Assembly: GCA_002189035.1 (NCBI GenBank)
Contig: NEEC01000093.1
Coordinates: forward strand, 1 to 41,444
DNA length: 41,444 nt
From: Utricularia gibba
Lineage: Eukaryota > Plantae > Magnoliophyta
Direction: 5' to 3'
Shown here: positions 1-12,649 of the stretch, one piece after another
How positions within the stretch are numbered: position 1 is the first letter of the stretch
Layout of the letters: every line of letters starts with the position of its first letter
The notes under the pieces: model-generated
The model's database searches: none
What the model saw: the letters and a program-made list of their open reading frames with translations, nothing else
Told to the model about the DNA's origin: nothing
Translations under genes and position numbers: made by a program

Positions 1-3000
1 TAAGGGGTGGCCTCGCGCAGCCTTCGCCATTGACGCCACATCGTCCAAACGTTTAGAGTCACGCGACACACAGCATACCGTTTCGAAGCTCATTCGAGAC
101 GGTCGTTTTTCGTGTTGGGAGTTCGCCATCCGAGGAAAGTTCGAAGCTCGACGGATGGCCCTATATAAGCCTTGAATGGTGTCACAAAATGGCCTAGCCA
201 TTGGGGACGTTGGGACTCGTTTGCTCGTTTTTATGCGAAAACTAATCTCGGCTTGCGAAACACGCGTGATTCGTTAATATATGTCAAAATCTTGAATTTC
301 GCATCATTCTCATGCGTTTCTCCGAGTGTGCTCGGGCCCTGGGAATTCCTACATTAAGGGGTGGCCTCGCGCAGCCTTCCATTGACGCCAATCGTCCAAA
401 CCGTTTAGAGTCACGCGACACACAGCATACCGTTTCGAAGCTCATTCCGAGACGGTCGTTTTTTCGTGTTGGGAGTTGCCCATCCGAGGAAAGTTCGAAG
501 CTCGAAGGATGGCCTTATATTAGCCTTCAATGGTTTCAGAAATGGTCTAGCCATTGGGGACGTTGGACTCGTTTGCTCGTTTTTATGCGAAAACTAATCT
601 CGGCTTGCGAAACACGCGTGATTCGTTAATATATGTCAAAATCTTGAATTTCGGCATTCTCATGCGTTTCTATGGGTGTGCTCGGGTACTGGGACTTCCT
701 ACACCAAGGGGTGGCCTCGCGCAGCCTTCGCCATTGACGCCACAACTTCCAAACCGTTTAGAGTCACGTGGCACAAAGCATTTCGTTTCGAAGCTCATTC
801 TGAGACGGTCAATTTTCGTGTTGAGAGTTCGCCCATCCGAGGAAAGTTCGAAGCTCGACGGATGGCCCTATATAAGCCTTGAATGGTGTCACAAAATGGC
901 CTAGCCATTGGGGACGTTGGGACTCGTTTGCTCGTTTTTATGCGAAAACTAATCTCGGCTTGCGAAACACGCGTGATTCGTTAATATATGTCAAAATCTT
1001 GAATTTCGCGGCATTCTCATGCGTTTCTACGGGTGTGCTCGGGCCCCGGGACTTCCTACACCAAGGGGTGGCCTCGCGCACCTTCGCCATTGACGCCATC
1101 GTCCAAACCGTTTAGAGTCACACGACACACAGCATACCGTTTCGAAGCTCATTCTGAGACGATCGTTTTTCGTGTTGGGAGTTCGCCCATCCGAGGAAAG
1201 TTCGAAGCTCGACGGATGGCCCTATATAAGCCTTGAATGGTGTCACAAAATGGCCTAGCCATTGGGGACGTTGGGACTCGTTTGCTCGTTTTTATGCGAA
1301 AACTAATCTCGGCTTGCGAAACACGCGTGATTCGTTAATATATGTCAAAATCCTGAATTTCGCGGCATTCTCATGCGTTTCTCCGAGTGTGCTCGGGCCC
1401 TGGGATTCCTACATTAAGGGGTGGCCTCGCGCAGCCTTCGCCATTGACGCCACATCGTCCAAACCTTTTAGAGTCACGCGACACAAAGCATACCGTTTCG
1501 AAGCTCATTCCGAGACGATCGTTTTTCGTGTTGGGAAATCGCCCATCCGAGGAAAGTTCGAAGCTCGACGGATGGCCCTATATAAGCCTTGAATGGTGTC
1601 ACAAAATGGCCTAGCCATTGGGGACGTTGGGACTCGTTTGCTCGTTTTTATGCGAAAACTAATCTCGGCTTGCGAAACACGCGTGATTCGTTAATATATG
1701 TCAAAATCTTGAATTTCGCGCATTCTCATGCGTTTCTCCGAGTGCTCGGGCCCTGGGAATTCCTACATTAAGGGGTGGCCTCACGCAGCCTTCGCAATTG
1801 ACGCCACATCTTCCAAACCGTTTAGAGTCACGTGGCACAAAGCATTTCGTTTCGAAGCTCATTCTGAGACGGTCGTTTTTCGTGTTGGGAGCTTGCCCAT
1901 CCGAGGAAAGTTCGAAGCTCGAAGGATGGCCTTATATTAGCCTTCAATGGTTTTAGAAAGTGGTCTAGCCATTGGGGACATTGCGACTCCTTTGCTCGTT
2001 TTTATGCGAAAACTAATCTCGGCTTCGAAACACGCGTGATTCGTTAATATATGTCAAAATCTTGAATTTCGCGGCATTCTCATGCGTTTCTCCAAGTGTG
2101 CTCGGGCCCTGGGAATTTCTACATTAAGGGTGGCCTCGCGCAGCCTTCGCAATTGACGCCACATCTTCCAAACCGTTTAGAGTCACGTGGCACAAAGCAT
2201 TTCAATTCGAAGCTCATTCTGAGACGATCGTTTTTCGTGTTGGGAGTTCGCCCATCCGAGGAAAGTTCGAAGCTCGACGGATGGCCTATATAAGCCTTGA
2301 ATGGTGTCACAAAATGGCCTAGCCATTGGGGACGTTGGGACTCGTTTGCTCGTTTTTATGCGAAAAGTGATTCTCGGCTTGCGAAACACGCGTGATTCGT
2401 TAATACATGTCAAAATCTTGAATTTCGCGGCATTCTCATGCGTTTCTACGGGTGTGCTCGGGCCCGGGACTTCCTACACAAAGTTGTGGCCTCGCGCAGC
2501 CTTCGCCATTGATGCCACATCGTCCAAACCGTTTAGAGTCACGCGACACACAGCAAACCGTTTCGAAGCTCATTCCGAGACGGTCGTTTTTCGTGTTCGG
2601 AGCTTGCCCATCCGAGGAAAGTTCGAAGCTCGAAGATGGCCTTATATTAGCCTTCAATAGTGTCCAAAATGGCCTAGCCATTGGGACGTTGGGATTCGTT
2701 TGCTCGTTTTTATGCGAAAACTAATCTCGGCTTGCGAAACACGCGTGATTCGTTAATATATGTAAAAATCCTGAATTTCGCATCATTCTCATGCGTTTCT
2801 CCGAGTGTGCTCGGGCCCTGGGAATTCCTACATTAAGGGTGGCCTCGCGCAACCTTCGCCATTGATGCCACATCGTCCAAACCGTTTAGAGTCACACGAC
2901 ACACAGCAACCGTTTCGAAGCTCATTCCAAGACGGTCGTTTTTCGTGTTCGGAGCTTGCCCATCCGAGGAAAGTTCGAAGCTCGAAGATGGCCTATATTA

Positions 3001-6000
3001 GCCTTCAATAGTGTCCCAAAATGGTCTAGCCATTGGGGACATCGCGACTCCTTTGCTCGTTTTTATGCGAAAATTATTCTCGGATTGCGAAACACGCGTG
3101 ATTCGTTAATATATGTCAAAATCTTGAATTTCGCGGCATTCTCATGCGTTTCTACGGGTGTGCTCGGGCCCGGGACTTCCTACACCAAGGGGTGGCCTCG
3201 CGCAGCCTTCGCAATTGACGCCACATCTTTCAAACCGTTTAGAGTCACATGGCACAAAGATACCGTTTCGAAGCTCATTCCGAGACGGTCGTTTTTCGTG
3301 TTGGGAGCTCGCCCATCCGAGGAAAGTTCGAAGCTCGACGGATGGACCTATATAAGCCTTCAATGGTGTCACAAGATGGCCTAGCCATTGGGGACGTTGG
3401 GACTCGTTTGCTCGTTTTATGCGAAAGTGATTCTCGGCTTGCGAAACACGCGTGATTCGTTAGTATATGTCAAAATCTTGAATTTCGCGGCATTCTCATG
3501 CGTTTCTCCGAGTGTGCTCGGGCCTGGGAATTCCTACACCAAGGGGGGGCCTCGCGCAGCTTCGCAATTGACGCCACATCTTCCAAACCGTTTAGAGTCA
3601 CGTGACAAAGCATTTCGTTTCGAAGCTCATTCTGAGACGTCAATTTTCGTGTTGGGAGCTTGCCCATCCGAGGAAAGTTCGAAACTCGAAGGATGCCTTA
3701 TATTAGCCTTCAATGGTGTCACAAAATGGTCTAGCCATTGGGACATCGCGACTCCATTGCCGTTTTTATGCGAAAATTGTTCTCGGATTGCGAAACACGC
3801 GTGATTCGTTAATATATGTCAAAATCTTTAATTTCGCGGCATTCTCATGCGTTTCAACGGTGTGCTCGGCCCTGGGAATTCCTACACAAAGGGTGGCCTC
3901 GCGCAGCCCTCACCATTGACGCCACATTGTCCAAACCGTTTAGATCACGCGACACACAGCATACCGTTTCGAAGCTCATTCTGAGACGATCGTTTTTCGT
4001 GTTGGGAGTTCGCCCATCCGAGGAAAGTTCGAAGCTCGACGGATGGCCCTATATAAGCCTTGAATGGTGTCAAAAATGGCCTAGCCATTGGGACGTTCGG
4101 ACTCGTTTGCTTGTTTTGATGCGAAAGTGATTCTCGGCTTGCAAAACACGCGTAATTCGTTAATATATTTCAAAATCTTGAATTTCGCGGCATTCTCATG
4201 CGTTTCTCCGAGTGTGCTCGGGCCCTGGGAATTCCTACATTAAGGGGTGGCCTCGCGCAGCCTTCGCAATTGACGCCACTTCCAAACCGTTTAGAGTCAC
4301 GGCACAAGCATTTCGTTTCGAAGCTCATTCCGAGACGGTCGTTTTTCGTGTTGGAGCTTGCCCATCCGAGGAAAGTTCGAAGCTCGAAGATGGCCTTATA
4401 TTAGCCTTCAATAGTGTCCAAAATGGCCTAGCCATTGGGGACGTTGGGATTCGTTTGCTCGTTTTATGCGAAAACTAATCTCGGCTTGCGAAACACGCGT
4501 GATTCGTTAATATATGTCAAAATCTTGAATTTCGCGGCATTCTCATGCGTTTCTCCGAGTGTGCTCGGGCCCTGGGAATTCCTACATTAAGGGGTGGCCT
4601 CGCGCAACCTTCGCCATTGACGCCACATCGTCCAAACCGTTTAGAGTCACACGACACACAGCATACCGTTTCGAAGCTCATTCCGAGACGGTCGTTTTTC
4701 GTGTTCGGAGCTTGCCCATCCGAGGAAAGTTCGAAGCTCGAAGATGGCCTTATATTAGCCTTCAATAGTGTCCAAAATGGCCTAGCCATTGGGACGTTGG
4801 GATTCGTTTGCTCGTTTTTATGCGAAAACTAATCTCGGCTTGCGAAACACGCGTGATTCGTTAATATATGTCAAAATCTTGAATTTCGCGGCATTCTCAT
4901 GCGTTTCTCCGAGTGTGCTCGGGCCCTGGGAATTCCTATTAAGGGGTGGCCTCGCGCAGCCTTCGCCATTGACGCCACATCGTCCAAACCGTTTAGAGTC
5001 ACGCGACACACAGCATACCGTTTCGAAGCTCATTCCGAGACGGTCGTTTTTCGTGTTGGGAGCTTGCCCATCCGAGGAAAGTTCGAAGCTCGAAGGATGG
5101 CCTTATATTAGCCTTCAATAGTGTCCCAAAATGGTCTAGCCATTGGGGACATGCGACTCCTTTGCTCGTTTTTATGCGAAAATTATTCTCGGATTGCGAA
5201 ACACGCGTGATTCGTTAATATATGTCAAATCTTGAATTTCGCGGCATTCTCATGCGTTTCTCCGAGTGTGCTCGAGCCCTGGGAATTCCTACATTAAGGG
5301 GTGGCCTCGCGCAGCCTTCGCCATTGACGCCACATCGTCCAAACCGTTTAGAGTCACGCGGCACACAGCTTACCGTTTCGAAGCTAATTCCGAGACGGTC
5401 GTTTTTCGTGTTGAGATCTCGCCCAGCAGAGGAAAGTTTGAAGCTCGAAGGATGGCCTTATATTAGCCTTCAAAGGTGTCACAAAATGGTCTAGCCATTG
5501 GGGTCGTTGCGACTCTTTGCTCGTTTTCATGCGAAAGTTGTTCTCGCTTGCGAAACACGCGTGATTCGTTAATATATGTCAAAATCTCTAATTTCGCGGC
5601 ATTCTCATGCGTTTCTACGGGTGTGCTCGGTCCCTGGGACTTCCTACACCAAGGGGTGGCCTCGCGCAGCCTTCGCCATTGACGCCACATCGTCCAAACC
5701 GTTTAGAGTCACGCAACACACAGCATACCGTTTCGAAACTCATTCTGAGACGATCGTTTTTTCGTGTTGGAAGTTCGCCCATCCGAGGAAAGTTCGAAGC
5801 TCGACGGATGGCCCTATATAAGCCTTAAATGGTGTCACAATATGGCCTAGCCATTGGGGACATCGCGACTCCTTTGCTCGTTTTTATGCGAAAATTATTC
5901 TCGGATTGCGAAACACGCGTGATTCGTTAATATATGTCAAAATCTTGAATTTCGCGGCATTCTCATGCGTTTCTCCGAGTGTGCTCGGGCCCTGGAATTC

Positions 6001-7957
6001 CTACATTAAGGGGTGGCCTCGCGCAGCCTTCGCCATTGACGCCACATCGTCCAAACCTTTTAGAGTCACGCGACACAAAGCATACCATTTCGAAGCTCAT
6101 TCCGAGACGATCGTTTTTCGTGTTGGGAGTTCGCCCATCCGAGGAAAGTTCGAAGCTCGACGGATGGCCCTATATAAGCCTTGAATGGTGTCACAAAATG
6201 GCCTAGCCATTGGGGACGTTGGGATTCGTTTGCTCGTTTTTATGCGAAAACTAATCTCGGCTTCCGAAACACGCGTGATTCGTTAATATATGTCAAAATC
6301 TTGAATTTCGCGGCATTCTCATGCGTTTCTCCGAGTGTGCTCGGGCCCTGGGAATTCCTACATTAAGGGGTGGCCTCGCGCAACCTTCGCCATTGACGCC
6401 ACATCGTCCAAACCGTTTAGAGTCACACGACACACACAGCAACCGTTTCGAAGCTCATTCCAAGACGGTCGTTTTCGTGTTGAGCTTGCCCATCCGACGA
6501 AAGTTCGAAGGTCGAAGGATGGCCTTATATTAGCCTTCAATGGTGTCACAAAATGGTCTAGCCATTGGGGACGTTGCGACTCTTTGCTCGTTTTCATGCG
6601 AAAGTTGTTCTCGGCTTGCGAAACACGCGTGATTCTTTAATGTATGTCAAAATCTTGAATTTCGCGGCATTCTCATGCGTTTCTCCGAGTGTGCTCGAAC
6701 CCTGGACTTTCTAACCAAGGGGTGGCCTCGCGCAGCCTTCGCAATTGACGCCACATCGTCCAAACCGTTTAGAGTCACGCGACACACAGCTTACCGTTTC
6801 GAAGCTGATTCCGAGACGGTCGTTTTTCGTGTTGGGATCTCGCCCAGCGAGGAAAGTTTGAAGCTCGAAGGATGGCCTTATATTAGCCTTCAAGGTGTCA
6901 AAAATGGCCTAGCCATTGGGGACGTTGGGACTCGTTTGCTCGTTTTGATGCGAAAGTGATTCTCGGCTTGCGAAACACGCGTGATTCGTTAAGATATGTC
7001 ACAATCTTGAATTTCGTAGCATTCTTATGCATTTCTCCGAGTGTGCTCGGGCTCTGGGACTTCCTACACCAAGGGGTGGCCTCGCGCAGCCTTCGCCATT
7101 GACGCCACATCTTCAAAACCGTTTACAGTCACGTCGCACAAAGCATACCGTTTCGAAACTTTTTCCGAGACGGTCGTTTTTCGTGTTGGCAGCTCGCCCT
7201 GCCGAGGAAAGTTTGAAGCTCGAAGGATGGCCTTATATTAGTTTTCAACGGTCTCACAAAATGGCCTAGCCATTGGAGACGTTGCGACTCATTTGCTCGT
7301 TTTCATGCAAAAGTTGATCTCGGCTTGCGAGAACACGCGTGATTCTTTAATGTATGTCAAAATCTTGAATTTCACGGCATTCTCATGCGTTTCTCCGAGT
7401 GTGCTCGAACTCTGGGACTTTCTAACCCAAGGGGTGGCCTCGCGCAGCCTTCGCAATTGACGCCACATCGTCCAAACCGTTTAGAGTCACGCGACACACA
7501 GCTTACCGTTTCGAAGCTGATTCCGAGACGGTCGTTTTTCGTGTTGGGATCTCGCCCAGCAGAGGAAAGTTTGAAGCTCGAAGGATGGCCTTATATTAGC
7601 CTTCAAAGGTGTCACAAAATGGTCTAGCCATTGGGGACGTTGCGACTCCTTTGCTCGTTTTCATGCGAAAGTTGTTCTCGGCTTGCGAAACATGCGTGAT
7701 TCGTTAATATATGTCAAAATCTCTAATTTCGCGGCATTCTCATGCGTTTCTACGGGTGTGCTCGGTCCCTGGGACTTCCTACACCAAGGGGTGGCCTCGC
7801 GCACCCTTCGCCATTGACGCCGCATCGTCCAAACCGTTTAGAGTCACGCAACACACAGCATACCGCTTCGAAGCTCATTCCGAGACGGTTGTTTTTTGTG
7901 TTGGGAGCTCGCCCATCCGACGAAAGTTCGAAGGTCGAAGGATGGCCTTATATTAGC

Positions 7958-10900
7958 CTTGAATGGTGTCAGAAAATGGCCTAGCCATTGGGGACGTTGC
8001 GACTCCTTTGCTCGTTTTTATGCGAAAATTGTTCTCGGATTGCGAAACACGCGAGATTCGTTAATATATGTAAAAATCCTGAATTTCGCGGCATTCTCAT
8101 GCATTTCTCCGAGTGTGCTCGAACCCTGGGACTTTCTAACCCAAGGGGTGGCCTCGCGCAGCCTTCGCAATTGACGCCACATCGTCCAAACCGTTTAGAG
8201 TCACGCGACACACAGCTTACCGTTTCGAAGCTGATTCCGACACGATCGTTTTTCGTGTTGGGATCTCGCCCAGCAGAGGAAAGTTTGAAGCTCGAAGGAT
8301 GGCCTTATATTAGCCTTCAAAGGTGTCACAAAATGGCCTAGCCATTAGGGACGTTGCGGCTCCTTTGCTCGTTTCTATGCGAAAATTGTTCTCGGCTTGC
8401 GAAACACGCGTGATTCGTTAATATATGTCAAAATCTTGAATTTCGCGGCATTCTCATGCGTTTCTACGGGTGTGCTCGGGCCCCGGGACTTCCTACACCA
8501 AGGGGTGGCCTCGCGCAGCCTTCGCCTTTCACGCCACATCGTCCAAACCATTTAGAGTCACGCAACACACAGCATACCGTTTCGAAACTCATTCCGAGAC
8601 GGTCGTTTTTCGTGTTGCGAGCTCGCCCATCCGAGGAAAGTTCGAAGGTCGAAGGATGGCCTTATATTAGCCTTCAATGGTGTCACAAAATGGTCTAGCC
8701 ATTGGGGACGTTGCGACTCCTTTGCTCGTTTTCATGCGAAAGGATTTCTCGGCTTGCGAAAGACGCGTGATTCGTTAATATATATCAAAATCTTGAATTT
8801 CGCGGCATTCTCATGCGTTTCTCCGAGTGTGCTCGGGCCCTAGGACTTCCTACACCAAGGGGTGGCCTCGCGCAGCCTTCGCCATTAACGCAACATCGTC
8901 CAAACCGTTTAGAGTCACGTGACACACAACATGCCGTTTCACAGCTCATTCTGAGACGATCGTTTTTCGTGATGGGAGATCGCCCATCCGAGGAAAGTTC
9001 GAAGCTCGACGGATGGCCCTATATAAGCCTTCAATGGTGTCACAAAATGGTCTAGCCATTGGGGACGTTGGGACTCGTTTGCTCATTTTCATGCGAAAGT
9101 GATTCTCGGCTTGCGAAACACGCGTGATTCGTTAATATATGTCAAAATCTCTAATTTCGCGGCATTCTCATGCGTTTCTACGGGTGTGCTCGGTCCCTGG
9201 GACTTCCTACACCAAGGGGTGGCCTCGCGCAGCCTTCGCCATTGACGCCACATCGTCCAAACCGTTTAGAGTCACGCAACACACAGCATACCGCTTCGAA
9301 GCTCATTCCGAGACGGTTGTTTTTTGTGTTGGGAGCTCGCCCATCCGACGAAAGTTCGAAGGTCGAAGGATGGCCTTATATTAGCCTTCAATGGTGTCAC
9401 AAAATGGTCTAGCCATTGGGGACGTTGCGACTCCTTTGCTCGTTTTCATGCGAAAGTTGTTCTCGGCTTGCGAAACACGCGTGATTCTTTAATGTATGTC
9501 AAAATCTTGAATTTCACGGCATTCTCATGCGTTTCTCCGAGTGTGCTCGAACCCTGGGACTTTCTAACCAAGGGGTGGCCTCGCGCAGCCTTCGCCATTG
9601 ACGCAACATCGTCCAAACCGTTTAGAGTCACGTGACACACAACATGCCGTTTCACAGCTCATTCTGAGACGATCGTTTTTCGTGTTGGGAGCTCGCCCAT
9701 CCGAGGAAAGTTCGAAGCTCGATGGATGGCCCTATATAAGCCTTCAATGGTGTCACAAAATGGTCTAGCCATTGGGGACGTTGGGACTCGTTTGCTCATT
9801 TTCATGCGAAAGTGATTCTCGGCTTGCGAAACACGCGTGATTCGTTAATATATGTCAAAATCTCTAATTTCGCGGCATTCTCATGCGTTTCTACGGGTGT
9901 GCTCGGTCCCTGGGACTTCCTACACCAAGGGGTGGCCTCGCGCAGCCTTCGCCATTGACGCCACATCGTCCAAACCGTTTAGAGTCACGCAACACACAGC
10001 ATACCGCTTCGAAGCTCATTCCGAGACGGTTGTTTTTTGTGTTGGGAGCTCGCCCATCCGACGAAAGTTCGAAGGTCGAAGGATGGCCTTATATTAGCCT
10101 TCAATGGTGTCACAAAATGGTCTAGCCATTGGGGACATCGCGACTCCATTGCCCGTTTTTATGCGAAAATTGTTCTCGGATTGCGAAACACGCGTGATTC
10201 GTTAATATATGTCAAAATCTTTAATTTCGCATCATTCTCATGCGTTTCAACGGCTGTGCTCGGGCCCTGGGAATTCCTACACCAAGGGTGGCCTCGCGCA
10301 ACCCTCACCATTGACGCCACATCGTCCAAACTGTTTAGAGTCACGCGACACACAGCATACCGTTTCGAAGCTCATTCTGAGACGATCGTTTATCGTGTTG
10401 GGAGTTCGCCCATCCGAGGAAAGTTCGAAGCTCGACGGATGGCCCTATATAAGCCTTGAATGGTGTCAGAAAATGGCCTAGCCATTGGGGACGTTGCGAC
10501 TCCTTTGCTCGTTTTTATGCGAAAATTGTTCTCGGATTGCGAAACACGCGAGATTCGTTAATATATGTAAAAATCCTGAATTTCGCGGCATTCTCATGCA
10601 TTTCTCCGAGTGTGCTCGAACCCTGGGACTTTCTAACCCAAGGGGTGGCCTCGCGCAGCCTTCGCAATTGACGCCACATCGTCCAAACCGTTTAGAGTCA
10701 CGCGACACACAGCTTACCGTTTCGAAGCTGATTCTGACACGATCGTTTTTCGTGTTGGGATCTCGCCCAGCAGAGGAAAGTTTGAAGCTCGAAGGATGGC
10801 CTTATATTAGCCTTCAAAGGTGTCACAAAATGGCCTAGCCATTAGGGACGTTGCGGCTCCTTTGCTCGTTTTTATGCGAAAATTTTTCTCGGCTTGCGAA

Positions 10901-12630
10901 ACACGCGTGATTCGTTAATATATGTCAAAATCTTGAATTTCGCGGCATTCTCATGCGTTTCTACGGGTGTGCTCGGGCCCCGGGACTTCCTACACCAAGG
11001 GGTGGCCTCGCGCAGCCTTCGCCTTTCACGCCACATCGTCCAAACCATTTAGAGTCACGCAACACACAGCATACCGTTTCGAAACTCATTCCGAGACGGT
11101 CGTTTTTCGTGTTGCGAGCTCGCCCATCCGAGGAAAGTTCGAAGGTCGAAGGATGGCCTTATATTAGCCTTCAATGGTGTCACAAAATGGTCTAGCCATT
11201 GGGGACGTTGCGACTCCTTTGCTCGTTTTCATGCGAAAGGATTTCTCGGCTTGCGAAAGACGCGTGATTCGTTAATATATATCAAAATCTTGAATTTCGC
11301 GGCATTCTCATGCGTTTCTCCGAGTGTGCTCGGGCCCTAGGACTTCCTACACCAAGGGGTGGCCTCGCGCAGCCTTCGCCATTAACGCAACATCGTCCAA
11401 ACCGTTTAGAGTCACGTGACACACAACATGCCGTTTCAAGCTCATTCTGAGACGATCGTTTTTCGTGATGGGAGATCGCCCATCCGAGGAAAGTTCGAAG
11501 CTCGACGGATGGCCCTATATAAGCCTTCAATGGTGTCACAAAATGGTCTAGCCATTGGGGACGTTGGGACTCGTTTGCTCATTTTCATGCGAAAGTGATT
11601 CTCGGCTTGCGAAACACGCGTGATTCGTTAATATATGTCAAAATCTCTAATTTCGCGGCATTCTCATGCGTTTCTACGGGTGTGCTCGGTCCCTGGGACT
11701 TCCTACACCAAGGGGTGGCCTCGCGCAGCCTTCGCCATTGACGCCACATCGTCCAAACCGTTTAGAGTCACGCAACACACAGCATACCGCTTCGAAGCTC
11801 ATTCCGAGACGGTTGTTTTTTGTGTTGGGAGCTCGCCCATCCGACGAAAGTTCGAAGGTCGAAGGATGGCCTTATATTAGCCTTCAATGGTGTCACAAAA
11901 TGGTCTAGCCATTGGGGACGTTGCGACTCCTTTGCTCGTTTTCATGCGAAAGTTGTTCTCGGCTTGCGAAACACGCGTGATTCTTTAATGTATGTCAAAA
12001 TCTTGAATTTCACGGCATTCTCATGCGTTTCTCCGAGTGTGCTCGAACCCTGGGACTTTCTAACCCAAGGGGTGGCCTCGCGCAGCCTTCGCCATTGACG
12101 CAACATCGTCCAAACCGTTTAGAGTCACGTGACACACAACATGCCGTTTCACAGCTCATTCTGAGACGATCGTTTTTCGTGTTGGGAGCTCGCCCATCTG
12201 AGGAAAGTTCGAAGCTCGACGGATGGCCCTATATAAGCCTTCAATGGTGTCACAAAATGGTCTAGCCATTGGGGACGTTGGGACTCGTTTGCTCATTTTC
12301 ATGCGAAAGTGATTCTCGGCTTGCGAAACACGCGTGATTCGTTAATATATGTCAAAATCTCTAATTTCGCGGCATTCTCATGCGTTTCTACGGGTGTGCT
12401 CGGTCCCTGGGACTTCCTACACCAAGGGTGGCCTCGCGCAGCCTTCGCCATTGACGCCACATCGTCCAAACCGTTTAGAGTCACGCAACACACAGCATAC
12501 CGCTTCGAAGCTCATTCCGAGACGGTTGTTTTTTGTGTTGGGAGCTCGCCCATCCGACGAAAGTTCGAAGGTCGAAGGATGGCCTTATATTAGCCTTCAA
12601 TGGTGTCACAAAATGGTCTAGCCATTGGGA
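7958..12630. repeat. Higher-order repeat, 7-monomer period (~2,497 bp), about 1.9 copies
   Basis: Near-identical ORFs at offset 2,496-2,497 (7981/10478, 7988/10485, 8456/10953, 9170/11666, 9883/~12380). The monomer-type order C'-D-F-A-B-A is repeated, with one G-type monomer between the copies. Confidence 0.88.
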
Positions 12631-12649
12631 CGTTGCGACTCCTTTGCTC

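Noticed and set aside
108-125. CENP-B-box-like motif (tttcgtgttgggag)
   Set aside because: It fails the NTTCGNNNNANNCGGGN core, and plants have no established CENP-B system.
161-170. TATA-like ctatataag in a subset of monomers
   Set aside because: It is replaced by ttatattag in many copies and is too short to support a promoter call.
138-205. Pol III promoter or tRNA/SINE origin (GTTCGAAGC fits a B box; TGGCCTAG...TGG resembles an A box)
   Set aside because: The A-like motif lies downstream of the B-like motif rather than 30-60 bp upstream, and I see no cloverleaf.
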